Source: Actinomycetota bacterium (GTDB taxonomy: Bacteria; Actinomycetota; UBA4738; HRBIN12). From it: 64,000 nucleotides of DNA. Position numbers and translations under genes: made by a program. Shown here piece by piece: positions 1 to 11,534 of this stretch (positions within the stretch are counted from its first letter, which is position 1; each line of letters begins with the position of its first letter). The stretch spans positions 3,461 to 67,460 of the forward strand of contig DATHTO010000139.1 of the NCBI GenBank assembly GCA_035463115.1, in the 5' to 3' direction. Under the pieces are notes generated by a model that had not been told where the DNA came from, ran no database searches, and saw only the letters and a list, made by a program, of their open reading frames with translations.

Positions 1-638
1 CGGTGGTGCCCGTCCGCGATCAAGAGCGGCAGCTCGGCGAGCCACGCCGCGATCCGCGCGTCGGCGGGGAACCGCCAGCGGCGGTGCCGGACGCCTTCGT
101 CGTCGGTCACCTCCGCCTCGGGTTCCGATCCCGTGACGTCGTCGAGGAGCGCTCGGAACGCCGCGAGCGGCCCGGCGACGGTTCCGTAGATCGGTGACAG
201 GTGCGCCCGCGTCGCGCGCACGAGGCAGAGCCGGTCTTCCACCGGTCCGGGCATCGTGTCCTCGTGCGGGAGCACCGATCCTCCCCACGGCTCGAGATCC
301 ATCGCGGCGAAGATCCCTCTCGTCACGCGCGTCGCGCCGCCGAGCTCGAAGCGCATCTCGTAGACGTGATAGGCCGGCTCGTCGTCGAGGCTCAGCACGC
401 CGGAGGATCGCCACGACGCGAGCAGCTCCGCCGCGCGCTCGTACCGGTTGCCCTCGACCGCGGGATCGTGCGGGCCGTCGGCGAGGTCGAGGCGCACGAC
501 GTTGTAGGGGCTGCCGGCGAGCAGCCGTTCGCGGCGCGGGTCGCTGATAACGTCGTACGGTGGCGCGGTCAGCTCGTCGAGCGGACCGGCGACACCGCCG
601 TCGTAGGTCAACGCTCGGAACGGGGACACGCGGGGCAC
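1..638 (-). CDS. DUF1015 family protein, N-terminal part (C-terminus lies beyond the window start)
   Basis: Not in the ORF track because no stop falls in the window. The minus-strand frame (triplets 3..638) is open. From GTG 638 it reads VPRVSPFRALTYDGG...APPYDVISDPRRERLL...LPHEDTMPGPVEDRLCLVRATRAHLSPIYG...IADGHH, the PFRALxY / PPYDVI / HE.T..DR pattern I associate with DUF1015. Start is GTG 638 or 629. Confidence 0.6.
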   Translation of the reverse strand, partial: MPRVSPFRALTYDGGVAGPLDELTAPPYDVISDPRRERLLAGSPYNVVRLDLADGPHDPAVEGNRYERAAELLASWRSSGVLSLDDEPAYHVYEMRFELGGATRVTRGIFAAMDLEPWGGSVLPHEDTMPGPVEDRLCLVRATRAHLSPIYGTVAGPLAAFRALLDDVTGSEPEAEVTDDEGVRHRRWRFPADARIAAWLAELPLLIADGHH

Positions 639-662
639 GCCGAACGATAGAGCAGCCGAACG

Positions 663-1460
663 ATGCTCGTCGACCGCTACGACGCCGTGCTCTTCGACCT
701 CGACGGGGTCCTCTATCGAGGAGGCCGCCCGGTCGAGCACGCGTCCGATGCCGTCGCCAGGCTGCGGCATCTCGGCAAACGGGTCGCGTTCGTGACGAAC
801 AACTCGAGCCGGCAGCCCCACGTGGTGGCGGAACGCCTCGCCGCGGTCGGGGTGGCCGCGTCGCCCGAGGAGGTCGTGACGTCGGCGTTGGCCACCGCGG
901 ACCTCTTGGCCGCTCGGGGCGTCCGCCGGGCGTTCGTCGTCGGGGGCGAAGGGCTGCGGTCCGCCTTGCGCACCGTCGGGATCGAGGTGGTCGACGGATC
1001 CGTGGCGCGGCCCGACACCGTCGTCGTCGGGTTCGATCCCGACGTCACGTACGCCGCGCTGCGCGACGCCTCCGTCCGCGTGGCGAGGGGCGCCTCGCTG
1101 ATCGGGTCGAACCCGGATGCCTCGTTCCCGGCGGCCGACGGCGAGAACTGGCCGGGGGCGGGCGCGCTGATCGCGGCGATCGAGACCGCGACCGGCGTCC
1201 GGGCCGAGATCGTCGGCAAGCCCCACGCGCCCTTGCTTCGCGCCGCGCTCGAGCGTGCCGGAGGTGGCGAGCCGCTCGTCGTGGGCGACCGCATCGACAC
1301 CGACATCGACGGCGCGACGAGGCTGGGGTGGGCATCGGTGCTGGTGCTGACCGGCGTCTCGACGCGCGACGACGCCCGGCGATCGGATCCGCCGCCCACC
1401 TACGTCATGGATGACCTGCGAGGCCTGTTCCGGGGCGAGGGCGACGGCCCTGGGTCGTGA
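663..1460 (+). CDS. HAD-IIA family hydrolase (NagD-like phosphatase)
   Basis: 265-aa ORF with LFDLDGVLY (DxD), VTNNS and GDRIDTDI motifs. It occupies the position of the HAD gene upstream of tlyA in mycobacteria. Confidence 0.85.
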   Translation: MLVDRYDAVLFDLDGVLYRGGRPVEHASDAVARLRHLGKRVAFVTNNSSRQPHVVAERLAAVGVAASPEEVVTSALATADLLAARGVRRAFVVGGEGLRSALRTVGIEVVDGSVARPDTVVVGFDPDVTYAALRDASVRVARGASLIGSNPDASFPAADGENWPGAGALIAAIETATGVRAEIVGKPHAPLLRAALERAGGGEPLVVGDRIDTDIDGATRLGWASVLVLTGVSTRDDARRSDPPPTYVMDDLRGLFRGEGDGPGS

Positions 1461-1509
1461 CCGACGGGCGCCGCCGTATGCTGACGAGATCCGTCTCCGA
1501 GGAGGCACC

Positions 1510-2043
1510 GTGACGCGCATCGACGACGTCCGCAAGACGATCGAGACCACGCTCGGGACGCTGACGCCCGCGAAGGCGCAGCAGCTCGCGAAGGACATGC
1601 TCGAGCCCGACGCCCGCAAGGAGCAGGTCGCGAAGACGACGGGCGATCTGCTCGAATGGTCGCAGCGGAACCGTCAACGCCTGCGCGACCTTGTCCGGCG
1701 CGAGATCCGCGAGCAGCTCGAACAGGTCGGCGTCGCGTCGCGGGCGGACCTCGACGCGTTGAAGAAGCGTGTCCGGGAGCTCGAGCGGAACGCGGGGATG
1801 ACGGCGTCCGGTCGGCGTGCCGCCGCCCCGGCTGCGGAGCGGCCGAAGACGTCGGCGGCGGCGAAGACGACGACGCGTTCGAGCACGAAGACCACCGCGG
1901 CGGCGTCCACGTCGAGGCGACGATCCTCGGCGGGATCGAGCACGTCGCGCACCCCCGCCGCGACCGGATCGACGGGAACCGCTCGGGCCAAGGGACGCGC
2001 CGCCAAGGATCCGGCGGCCGACGACCCGGCGGTGAGCGGCTGA
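1510..2043 (+). CDS. phasin-like coiled-coil protein (COG3937-like) with a low-complexity tail
   Basis: In-frame GTG 1510 follows GGAGG at 1501-1505. It reads DLLEWSQRNRQRLRDLVRREIREQLEQVGVASRADLDALKKRVRELE, then an A/T/S/R-rich tail. The track start at 1411 overlaps the HAD gene and is less likely. Confidence 0.6.
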   Translation: MTRIDDVRKTIETTLGTLTPAKAQQLAKDMLEPDARKEQVAKTTGDLLEWSQRNRQRLRDLVRREIREQLEQVGVASRADLDALKKRVRELERNAGMTASGRRAAAPAAERPKTSAAAKTTTRSSTKTTAAASTSRRRSSAGSSTSRTPAATGSTGTARAKGRAAKDPAADDPAVSG

Positions 2044-2054
2044 GGACCGTCGGC

Positions 2055-2855
2055 GTGACGCGGCGGCGGCTCGACGCGGAGCTCGTCCGGCGCGGGCTCG
2101 TTCCGAGCCGCACGGCGGCTCGCGAAGCCGTCGACGCGGGCCTCGTGACGATCGCCGGCCGTCCCGCGACGAAGGCCGCGACCCTCGTGGCGGCCCACGA
2201 GCCGGTGCAGGTGACCCGCGACGTTCGTCCGTTCGCGTCCCGCGGCGGCGCGAAGCTCGACGCCGCGCTCGAGCGGTTCGGGATCGATGTCGCCGGAGCG
2301 GACTGTCTCGACGCCGGTGCGTCGACGGGCGGCTTCACCGACGTCTTGCTCAAGGCGGGCGCTCGCCACGTCGTCGCGATCGACGTCGGGTACGGCCAGC
2401 TCGCGTGGGATATCCGGAACGACCATCGCGTCACGGTGTACGAGCGGACGAACGTCCGTGACGTGACACCGTCGATGCTGCCCTACGCGCCGACGGTCGT
2501 GGTTGCGGACCTCTCGTTCATCTCGCTCGCCATCGTCGTGCCGACGTTGGTCACGCTCGCCACGCCGGACGCGACGTTCGTCGTCCTCGTGAAGCCACAG
2601 TTCGAGGCCGGTCGGGACGCCGTCGGACGAGACGGCGTCGTGCGCGACGCCAGCGTCTGGCGGACCGCGATCGTGCGCGTCGCGACGGCGTTCCGAGCGA
2701 GCGGGGCGGGCGCGACCGACGTGATCGCGTCGCCGCTCCGAGGGCCGGCGGGCAACGTCGAGTTCCTGGTGCACGCCCGCGGGGGGCGTGCCGCGTCGCT
2801 CAGCGACGAGCGGATCGACGCGGCGGTCGAGGACGGGCGGGGATCGGCGGCATGA
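2055..2855 (+). CDS. tlyA: TlyA family rRNA (cytidine-2'-O)-methyltransferase
   Basis: Start is the internal GTG 2055 of track ORF 1656..2855. It has an S4-like N-terminus (RRRLDAELVRRGLVPSRTAA), SRGGAKL, and the SAM motif LDAGASTGGFTDVLL. Confidence 0.85.
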   Translation: MTRRRLDAELVRRGLVPSRTAAREAVDAGLVTIAGRPATKAATLVAAHEPVQVTRDVRPFASRGGAKLDAALERFGIDVAGADCLDAGASTGGFTDVLLKAGARHVVAIDVGYGQLAWDIRNDHRVTVYERTNVRDVTPSMLPYAPTVVVADLSFISLAIVVPTLVTLATPDATFVVLVKPQFEAGRDAVGRDGVVRDASVWRTAIVRVATAFRASGAGATDVIASPLRGPAGNVEFLVHARGGRAASLSDERIDAAVEDGRGSAA

Positions 2856-3676
2856 CGCGCGTCGGGTTCGTCGTCCACGAGGGGCGGGTGGCTGCGGTCG
2901 AGGCCGCCGCCGTCCTCCGCAAGGCGCTCACCGACGACGGGATCGAGGTGATCGACGCGACCGAGCGGAGCGGTGGGATCTCGCTCGTGGTCTCCGTCGG
3001 CGGCGACGGCACCTTCCTGCGCGGCGCGCACGTCGCGTCGCACGTCGACGCGCCCGTCCTCGGGGTGAAGGTCGGCCGCGTCGGCTTCCTGACCGAGGTC
3101 GAGCCGCCGGATGCGCTTCCGTTGCTCCGCGCGGCGGTCGCGGGCGAGGCGGCCGTGGAGGAGCGGCTCGCCGTCGTGGCGGAACCGGAACGCTCCGACG
3201 CGTTCTCGACGCAGTGGGGGATGAACGAGATCATGGTCGAGAAGCGGGCGCGGCACCGCCTCGTCCGGCTCGCGGTCGACGTCGACGGCGAGTACGTGAC
3301 GACGTTCTCGGCCGACGGCGTGATCGTCGCGACGCCCACGGGATCGACGGCGTACTCGTTCTCGGCCCGGGGTCCCATCGTGGCGCCCACCGTTCCGTGC
3401 CTCGTCGTGACGCCGATCGCGGCCCACATGGTGTTCGACCGATCGTTCGTACTCGCCGACCAGCAGGTCGTCACGCTCGAGGTCGTCGGCGACGAACCTG
3501 CGATCGTGTCGGCAGACGGCAGGGAGACCGTCGAGGTGCCGGTCGGCACGAGGGTCCGGATCCGCGCCTCGGAACGGCGCGTCCGGTTCATCCGGCGCGA
3601 CGGCGGCCCGGGGTTCCTCGCGCGGGTCCGTGACAAGTTCGATCTTCCGGGCGACCCGGCGCGACGCGGAGGGTAA
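2852..3676 (+). CDS. nadK: NAD kinase
   Basis: 274 aa with GGDGTFLR and TPTGSTAYSFSARGP motifs. ATGA overlap with the tlyA stop. Confidence 0.9.
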   Translation: MTRVGFVVHEGRVAAVEAAAVLRKALTDDGIEVIDATERSGGISLVVSVGGDGTFLRGAHVASHVDAPVLGVKVGRVGFLTEVEPPDALPLLRAAVAGEAAVEERLAVVAEPERSDAFSTQWGMNEIMVEKRARHRLVRLAVDVDGEYVTTFSADGVIVATPTGSTAYSFSARGPIVAPTVPCLVVTPIAAHMVFDRSFVLADQQVVTLEVVGDEPAIVSADGRETVEVPVGTRVRIRASERRVRFIRRDGGPGFLARVRDKFDLPGDPARRGG

Positions 3677-3770
3677 CTCGGACCACCGTCTCGCGCGCGG
3701 CGCGGATCGGATGCACCGGCCTCGCCGTGGGGCTCCTCGGCACGTCGGCCCGCGCGGCTACGATGCGGCC

Positions 3771-5411
3771 GTGCTCCGCGAGCTCCACATCAGCGGCCTC
3801 GGCGTGATCGACGATCTCGACCTCGAGTTCGACGGTGGGCTGACGGTCCTCACCGGCGAGACCGGCGCAGGCAAGACGATGGTGACGGTGGGACTCTCGC
3901 TCGCCCTCGGCGCCCGGGGAGCGGCGACGTTGGTCCGCGCCGGCGCGGGGGCCGCGCGCGTGCAGGCGCGGTTCGACGTGCCGCCGCCCCTCGCGGCCTG
4001 GGCCGAGGACGGCGAGGTGGTCCTCGCGCGCACGATCCGGGTCGACGGCCGTGGCGGCGCGAGGGTCGGCGGCGAGATCGCGACCGTCTCGACGCTCGCG
4101 GCGCTCGGCGACGCCCTCGTCGAGGTGCACGGGCAGCACCAGACGCTGCGTCTGCTCGAGACCGCGACGCAGACCGCGTTCCTCGACCGCGTCGGGGGAG
4201 CCGATCACCTCGAGGCCGTCGCGGCGCACCGATCCGCGTACGAGCGCCTCACCAACGCGAGGGCGGCGAGGGACGAGCTCGTCGAGGCCGCGCGCGAGCG
4301 CGAGCGCGCGCTCGATCTGCTCGCGTACCAGGTGCAGGAGATCGACGACGTCGGGCCCCGGGCCGACGAGACCGACGATCTCGTCGCCGAGGAGGCCCGG
4401 CTGGCGCACGTCGAACGGCTGCTTGAGCTGACGGCAGAGGCAGCGGCCGCCGCATCGTCCGACGGCGGCGCGGCCGACCTCGCCGCGACCGTTTCCGCGG
4501 CGCTCGCCGCCGCGGCCGAGCTCGATCGGGCGGCCGAGCCCCTCGCGACGCGTGCGGCATCGCTCGCGGCCGAGCTCGTCGAGCTGGCGCACGACGTCCG
4601 AACGCACCGGGATTCGCTCGCCGACGATCCGGCCCGGCTCGACGCGGTGCGCGACCGGCTCGCCGCCCTTCGCTCGCTCCAGCGCAGGTACGGCGCAACG
4701 GATCTCGACGTGATCGCGTTCCGCGATCGGGCGGCGGGCGAGATGGCCCGACTGGCGGGTGCCGACGAGCGCCTGCTGCGACTCGACGACGAGGTCTCCG
4801 CGCTCGAGGGCGAGGTCGCCGAGCGCGCGCGTGCCGTGTCCGAGGGGCGTGCGGCGACCGCGCCCGTCCTGGCCGCGTCGCTGACCGAGCAGCTGCACGA
4901 GCTCGGGATGCCGGCGGCCGCCGCCGAGGTCTCGCTGGTGCCGCTCCCGGCGCCGGGTGCCGACGGGGCCGAGCGGATCGAGCTCCGGCTCGTGCCGGGG
5001 CCCGGCCAGCCGGCGTTGCCGCTCGCGAAGGGTGCGTCCGGTGGGGAGCTCTCCCGGGTCATGCTCGCCTGCCGCAGCGTCGTCGCCGACGTCGACGACG
5101 TCGCGACGATCGTCTTCGACGAGATCGACGCCGGCATCGGCGGCGAAGCCGGGCTCGCGGTCGGTCGGCGACTGGCCGCCCTCGCCGCGCGGCGACAGGT
5201 GATCGTCGTCACGCACCTTCCCCAGATCGCCTGCTTCGCCGACCGACACGTCCGGGTCCGCAAGCACGACGGCGTCGCGACCGTCGAGGTCCTCGACGAC
5301 GACGAGCGCGTGCGGGAGCTCTCGCGGATGCTCGCGGGACTCGAGGCGAGCGAGGCCGCCGTGACCCACGCCGAAGAGCTGCTCGCCGAGGCCGAGCGCG
5401 CGCGATCGTGA
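3771..5411 (+). CDS. recN: DNA repair protein RecN
   Basis: GTG 3771 gives VLRELHISGLGVIDDL. It has Walker A GETGAGKT, a long coiled-coil middle, SGGELSRVMLA, and Walker B FDEIDAGIGG. TACGAT lies 6 nt upstream of the GTG. Confidence 0.9.
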   Translation: MLRELHISGLGVIDDLDLEFDGGLTVLTGETGAGKTMVTVGLSLALGARGAATLVRAGAGAARVQARFDVPPPLAAWAEDGEVVLARTIRVDGRGGARVGGEIATVSTLAALGDALVEVHGQHQTLRLLETATQTAFLDRVGGADHLEAVAAHRSAYERLTNARAARDELVEAARERERALDLLAYQVQEIDDVGPRADETDDLVAEEARLAHVERLLELTAEAAAAASSDGGAADLAATVSAALAAAAELDRAAEPLATRAASLAAELVELAHDVRTHRDSLADDPARLDAVRDRLAALRSLQRRYGATDLDVIAFRDRAAGEMARLAGADERLLRLDDEVSALEGEVAERARAVSEGRAATAPVLAASLTEQLHELGMPAAAAEVSLVPLPAPGADGAERIELRLVPGPGQPALPLAKGASGGELSRVMLACRSVVADVDDVATIVFDEIDAGIGGEAGLAVGRRLAALAARRQVIVVTHLPQIACFADRHVRVRKHDGVATVEVLDDDERVRELSRMLAGLEASEAAVTHAEELLAEAERARS

Positions 5412-5463
5412 GGCCGCCCGACCGCGGCGGCGCCGCGCAGCCGCGGGCGAGGGCCCGCCGTGA

Positions 5464-7173
<1,710 letters not shown>

Positions 7174-7176
7174 GCC

Positions 7177-7689
7177 GTGGCCGACGACGAACCTCGCTCC
7201 GTCCGGCGGCTGTTCGACGGCGCCGTCCTGTCGCTCGATGTCGAGGACTGGGGCCAGCCGTACGAGCACGAGGTCGTTCGCCATCCCGGTGCCGCCGCCG
7301 TCCTCCCCGTCACGCCCGATGGGCACGTGCTGCTGGTCCGGCAGTTCCGTCCGGCGATCCGTTCGACGCTCACCGAGATCCCGGCGGGTCTCCTCGACGT
7401 CGAGGACGAGGACGCGCTGACGTGCGCCGCCCGGGAGCTCCACGAGGAGACCGGCTTCCGCCACGAGTCGATCGAGTTCCTCGGCGGGTACTACGCGACC
7501 GCCGGCTGCTCGAACGAGTACGTGCATCTGTTCGTCGCTCGGACGCGGGCGCAGCCCGAGGCCGAGCCCGAACCGGGACTCACGCTGGTTCGAGAGCCTC
7601 GCGACGCCATGGTGGCGGCCGCGCGCGCGGGCCGCGTCCGCGACGTGAAGACGGCGTTGGCGCTGCTCATGGCAGACGGCCGGTTCTGA
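7177..7689 (+). CDS. NUDIX hydrolase (ADP-ribose pyrophosphatase-like)
   Basis: 170 aa with the Nudix box GLLDVEDEDALTCAARELHEETG. Sits directly after pyrG, as in mycobacteria. Confidence 0.85.
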   Translation: MADDEPRSVRRLFDGAVLSLDVEDWGQPYEHEVVRHPGAAAVLPVTPDGHVLLVRQFRPAIRSTLTEIPAGLLDVEDEDALTCAARELHEETGFRHESIEFLGGYYATAGCSNEYVHLFVARTRAQPEAEPEPGLTLVREPRDAMVAAARAGRVRDVKTALALLMADGRF

Positions 7690-7815
7690 CCAGGCACCGG
7701 CGGCGGAAGACCGCGTCGGGTTCGCGTCCGTCCGCCCGCCGGCATCCGGCGCTCCCCACGCGGCGCGGGCGGCCCGGATAGGCTTGCGGGCGCACGCATC
7801 CCGCAGGAGGCGCAG

Positions 7816-8931
7816 GTGATCGTCGGGATCCCGACCGAGGTGAAGGACCACGAGTACCGCGTCGCCGCGACGCCGGAGGGCGTCCGGGAACTGACGCACG
7901 GCGGCCACGACGTCGTGGTGCAGGCGGGGGCCGGTGAGGGTTCCGCGATCGCCGACGACGCCTACGTCGCTGCGGGCGCGCGCATCGCTCGCGATGCCGA
8001 CGCGGTCTTCGCCGACGCCGACATGATCGTGAAGGTCAAGGAGCCGCAGCCCCAGGAGTACGAGCGCTTCCGCCCCGAGCAGATCGTCTTCACCTATCTG
8101 CACCTCGCGGCCGACGAGCGCCTGACCCGGTTCCTCGTCGATCGGAAGGTCGCGAGCGTCGCCTACGAGACCGTGCAGACGGCCGACGGGCGGCTCCCGC
8201 TGCTGGCGCCGATGTCCGAGATCGCCGGCCGCATGGCGCCGCACGTGGCCGCCACCTGGCTCGAACGTGCGCACGGAGGTCGCGGGGTGTTGATGGGCGG
8301 CGCGTCCGGCGTCGCCCCGGCGAAGGTGGTCGTCCTCGGCGCCGGCATGGCCGGCTCGAACGCCGCATGGATCGCCGCGGGCATGGAGGCCGAAGTGGTC
8401 GTCGTCGACAAGAACGTCGAGCGCCTGCGGTTCATCGACCAGATCTGGCGTGGCAGGATCCAGACGGTCGCGTCGTCGCGACTCGCCGTCGAGCAGCTGG
8501 TGCTGGAGGCCGACGTGGTGGTGGGCGCCGTGCTCGTTCCCGGCGCCAAGGCGCCGCACCTCGTGACCGACGACCACGTCCGGGCGATGCGCTCCGGTGC
8601 GGTGCTCGTCGACATCTCGATCGACCAGGGCGGCTGCTTCGCGACGTCGCGGATGACGACGCATTCCGATCCGACCTACGTCGTCGACGGGGTGGTGCAC
8701 TACTGCGTCGGCAACATGCCGGGAGCGGTCCCACGGACGTCGACCTACGCGTTGACGAACGTGACGCTCCCGTACGTGCAGAAGATCGCGGATCTCGGTC
8801 TCGACGAGGCGATCCGCCGCGACCACGCCTTGGCGCTCGGCGTCAACGTCCTCGAGGGGACCGTCACGAACGCCGGCGTCGCGCAGGCGCATGGCCTGCC
8901 ATCGCGCGAGCTCGGAACCGGAGCGGACTGA
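7816..8931 (+). CDS. ald: alanine dehydrogenase
   Basis: 371 aa reading MIVGIPTEVKDHEYRVA, with the Rossmann motif VVLGAGMAGSNAA. AGGAGG precedes GTG 7816. Confidence 0.9.
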   Translation: MIVGIPTEVKDHEYRVAATPEGVRELTHGGHDVVVQAGAGEGSAIADDAYVAAGARIARDADAVFADADMIVKVKEPQPQEYERFRPEQIVFTYLHLAADERLTRFLVDRKVASVAYETVQTADGRLPLLAPMSEIAGRMAPHVAATWLERAHGGRGVLMGGASGVAPAKVVVLGAGMAGSNAAWIAAGMEAEVVVVDKNVERLRFIDQIWRGRIQTVASSRLAVEQLVLEADVVVGAVLVPGAKAPHLVTDDHVRAMRSGAVLVDISIDQGGCFATSRMTTHSDPTYVVDGVVHYCVGNMPGAVPRTSTYALTNVTLPYVQKIADLGLDEAIRRDHALALGVNVLEGTVTNAGVAQAHGLPSRELGTGAD

Positions 8932-8939
8932 GCGGGTCG

Positions 8940-9899
8940 ATGGACCCGACGTCGGTGCTCGCCCGGCGTTTCCTCGATCACCTCGCCGTCGAGCGGGGAC
9001 TGTCGGCCAACACGCTCGCGGCGTACGGCCGTGACCTCCGTCGCTACGTGGCCTTCCTCGAGCGCCGCGGGATCAGGCGGCCCGACGAGGTCGACGCCGC
9101 GGTGATCCGGTCGTTCGTCGCGTCGCTCTCGGCGTCGACGCACGGCCCCGACGACACGCCGTACGCGTCGACGTCGGTGGTGCGCACGCTGTCGGGCGTG
9201 CGCTCGTTCCACCGGTTCCTGGTGCGGGAAGGCGTGGTGACGAAGGACCCGTCGGCGGACGTCCGTCGGCCGCGGCTCCCGCGCTCCCTTCCGAAGGCGA
9301 TCCCGCTCGCGGACGTCGAACGCCTCCTGCAGGCGCCCGACGAGGCGACGCCGTCGGGTCTGCGCGACCGGGCGATCCTCGAACTGCTGTACGGGGCGGG
9401 GTTGCGGATCTCGGAGCTCACGTCGCTCGACGTCGACGACATCGATCTCGACGGAGGCGCCGTGCGGGTGCTCGGCAAAGGCGGGAAGGAGCGGGAGGTT
9501 CCGATCGGCCGCCACGCTCGCGACGCGGTCTCGGTCTACCTCACCCGCGGCCGTCCGGCGCTCGCCGGGTCCCGATCGCGCGGAGCGCTGTTCCTGAACG
9601 TCCGCGGCGGGCGCCTCACCCGCCAGTCGTGCGCCCGCATGCTCGATACGCACGTGCGCGCGGCGGGGATCCAGCGCCGCGTCACGCTCCACGGTCTGCG
9701 ACACTCCTTCGCGACGCACCTCCTCGAAGGGGGCGCCGACGTCCGGGTGGTCCAGGAGCTGCTCGGACACGCGAGCGTCGCGACCACGCAGGTCTATACG
9801 CTCGTGACGAAGGAACATCTCCGCGAGGTCTACTACACGTCGCATCCGCGAGCTCGACGACGTCGGAAGGGAGGTGGGGAAGGCGATGACGGATCCTGA
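8940..9899 (+). CDS. xerD: site-specific tyrosine recombinase XerD
   Basis: Start is the internal ATG 8940 of track ORF 8367..9899. It has ERGLSANTLAAYGRDLRRY, and the catalytic region LRHSFATHLLEGGADVRVVQELLGHASVATTQVYT. Confidence 0.85.
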   Translation: MDPTSVLARRFLDHLAVERGLSANTLAAYGRDLRRYVAFLERRGIRRPDEVDAAVIRSFVASLSASTHGPDDTPYASTSVVRTLSGVRSFHRFLVREGVVTKDPSADVRRPRLPRSLPKAIPLADVERLLQAPDEATPSGLRDRAILELLYGAGLRISELTSLDVDDIDLDGGAVRVLGKGGKEREVPIGRHARDAVSVYLTRGRPALAGSRSRGALFLNVRGGRLTRQSCARMLDTHVRAAGIQRRVTLHGLRHSFATHLLEGGADVRVVQELLGHASVATTQVYTLVTKEHLREVYYTSHPRARRRRKGGGEGDDGS

Positions 9900-10239
9900 G
9901 GTGACGGCGCGGCGCCGGGCCGCCCTCGAGCGGCGCCGCAGCGACCTGCGACGCGAGCTCGCGCAGCACGGCGCCGATCCGGATTCGGACGGCCTGACGT
10001 TCGACGACGACGCAGGGTTCGCCGACCGCTCCCACAGCACGGAGGAGCGATCCCGGCTGATCGCGCTCGTCGGCAACCTCCGGACGGAGCTCCGGGAGGT
10101 CGAACGGGCGCTCGAGAAGCTCGACGTGGGCGGCTACGGGGTCTGCGAGCGGTGCGGCAACCGGATCGGCGACGACCGTCTCGAGGCGATCCCGTGGGCG
10201 ACCCTGTGCATCGACTGCAAGCGGAAGGCCGCGCCGTGA
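9886..10239 (+). CDS. DksA/TraR family C4-type zinc-finger protein
   Basis: A coiled-coil region is followed by CERCGNRIGDDRLEAIPWATLCIDCK (CxxC-N17-CxxC). Start is ATG 9886 or GTG 9874. It overlaps the xerD 3' end. Confidence 0.7.
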   Translation: MTDPEVTARRRAALERRRSDLRRELAQHGADPDSDGLTFDDDAGFADRSHSTEERSRLIALVGNLRTELREVERALEKLDVGGYGVCERCGNRIGDDRLEAIPWATLCIDCKRKAAP

Positions 10240-11423
10240 GCGATCCGCTCGTGCCGCGCGTGTGCGTGATCGTCTGCGATTCGTGGGGTGTCGGAGATGC
10301 CCCCGACGCCGATGCCTACGGCGACGCCGGGTCCGACACCCTCGGCAACACGGCGAAGGTCGTCGGCGGCATCGACGCGCCGAACCTCGCGGACCTCGGC
10401 CTCGGCACGTTGACCGAGATCGACGGCGTCCCACCACGGGCGGCCCAGGGCACCGCGGCCGGACGGGCCACCGAGCGTTCGGCGGGCAAGGACACCACGA
10501 CCGGGCACTGGGAGATGATGGGCGTCCGGCTCGATCGGCCGTTCCCGCTCTATCCGGAGGGCTTCCCGCCGGCGATCGTGGAGCCGTTCGAGCGTGCGAT
10601 CGGGCGCGAGATCCTCGGGAACCGGCCCGCGTCAGGCACGGAGATCATCGCCGAGCTGGGTGACGAGCACCTGCGGACGGGTGCGCCGATCGTGTACACG
10701 AGCGGTGACTCGGTGTTCCAGATCGCCGCCCACGTCGACGTCGTCGATCTCGAGACCCTCTACGCGTGGTGCCGAACGGCGCGGTCGATCCTCGTCGGCG
10801 AGCACGCCGTCGGTCGGGTGATCGCCCGACCGTTCGAAGGCCGGCCGGGCGCGTTCGTGCGCCGTCCGGAGCGTCGGGACTACTCGGTGGCGCCGCCGGG
10901 ACCGACGGCCCTCGACCGGCTCGTCGACGCTGGCATCTCCGTGCGAGGCGTCGGCAAGATCCGTGACATCTTCGACGGCCACGGCGTTCCCGAGTTCGCC
11001 TACTCCGACTCGAACGACCACGGCGTCGATCTGACGCTCGGCTACCTGACCACGCCCGGCCCCGCCTTCGTCTTCACGAACCTCGTGGACTTCGACTCGA
11101 AGTACGGCCATCGGAACGACCCACCGGGATACGCGGCGGCGGTCGAGGCGTTCGATCGGCGGCTTCCCGAGATCGTCGCGGCGCTCGACGGCGGGATCCT
11201 GCTCATCACCGGTGATCATGGGTGCGATCCGACGACGCCGCCCACCGACCACTCGCGCGAGCGGACGCCGTTGCTCGCCGCCGGGCTCGTCGGGGAGCCG
11301 CGATCGATCGGAACGCGCGACGGGTTCGGCGACCTCGGCGCCACCGTGCTCGACCTCCTCGGGCAGGAGAGCGACGGCCTCGTCGGCTCGAGCTTCTCGC
11401 GAGAGCTCGGGTTCGAACGATGA
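10236..11423 (+). CDS. deoB: phosphopentomutase
   Basis: GTG 10236 (GTGA overlap) gives VCVIVCDSWGVGDAPDA. It has GDHGCDPT and the overall DeoB layout. Confidence 0.85.
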   Translation: MSDPLVPRVCVIVCDSWGVGDAPDADAYGDAGSDTLGNTAKVVGGIDAPNLADLGLGTLTEIDGVPPRAAQGTAAGRATERSAGKDTTTGHWEMMGVRLDRPFPLYPEGFPPAIVEPFERAIGREILGNRPASGTEIIAELGDEHLRTGAPIVYTSGDSVFQIAAHVDVVDLETLYAWCRTARSILVGEHAVGRVIARPFEGRPGAFVRRPERRDYSVAPPGPTALDRLVDAGISVRGVGKIRDIFDGHGVPEFAYSDSNDHGVDLTLGYLTTPGPAFVFTNLVDFDSKYGHRNDPPGYAAAVEAFDRRLPEIVAALDGGILLITGDHGCDPTTPPTDHSRERTPLLAAGLVGEPRSIGTRDGFGDLGATVLDLLGQESDGLVGSSFSRELGFER

Positions 11424-11444
11424 CCTCGACCTTCCCTCGAGGTC
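11422..11444 (+). terminator. GC-rich hairpin overlapping the deoB stop (terminator or attenuator-like, no U-tract)
   Basis: GACCTCGA (11422-11429) pairs with TCGAGGTC (11437-11444) around a 7-nt loop. An alternative register is CCTCGACC/GGTCGAGG. Confidence 0.3.
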
Positions 11445-11534
11445 GAGGCCTCGCCGCGTTCCTGAGGGTCCGCATGGCGCGGGGCGTCCCGGCGTGACCT
11501 TCGACATCGACCTGTCGGTCGCCCGGAGGTCGGC

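Noticed and set aside
3742-3764. A PafBC-type RecA-NDp promoter (TGTCRGTG-N8-TANNNT, as I recall it) upstream of recN.
   Set aside because: Only the GTCGG core and the TACGAT hexamer match at the right spacing (CACGTCGGCC-N8-TACGAT). That is about 5 of 9 positions in the upstream box, too weak to claim without a motif scan.
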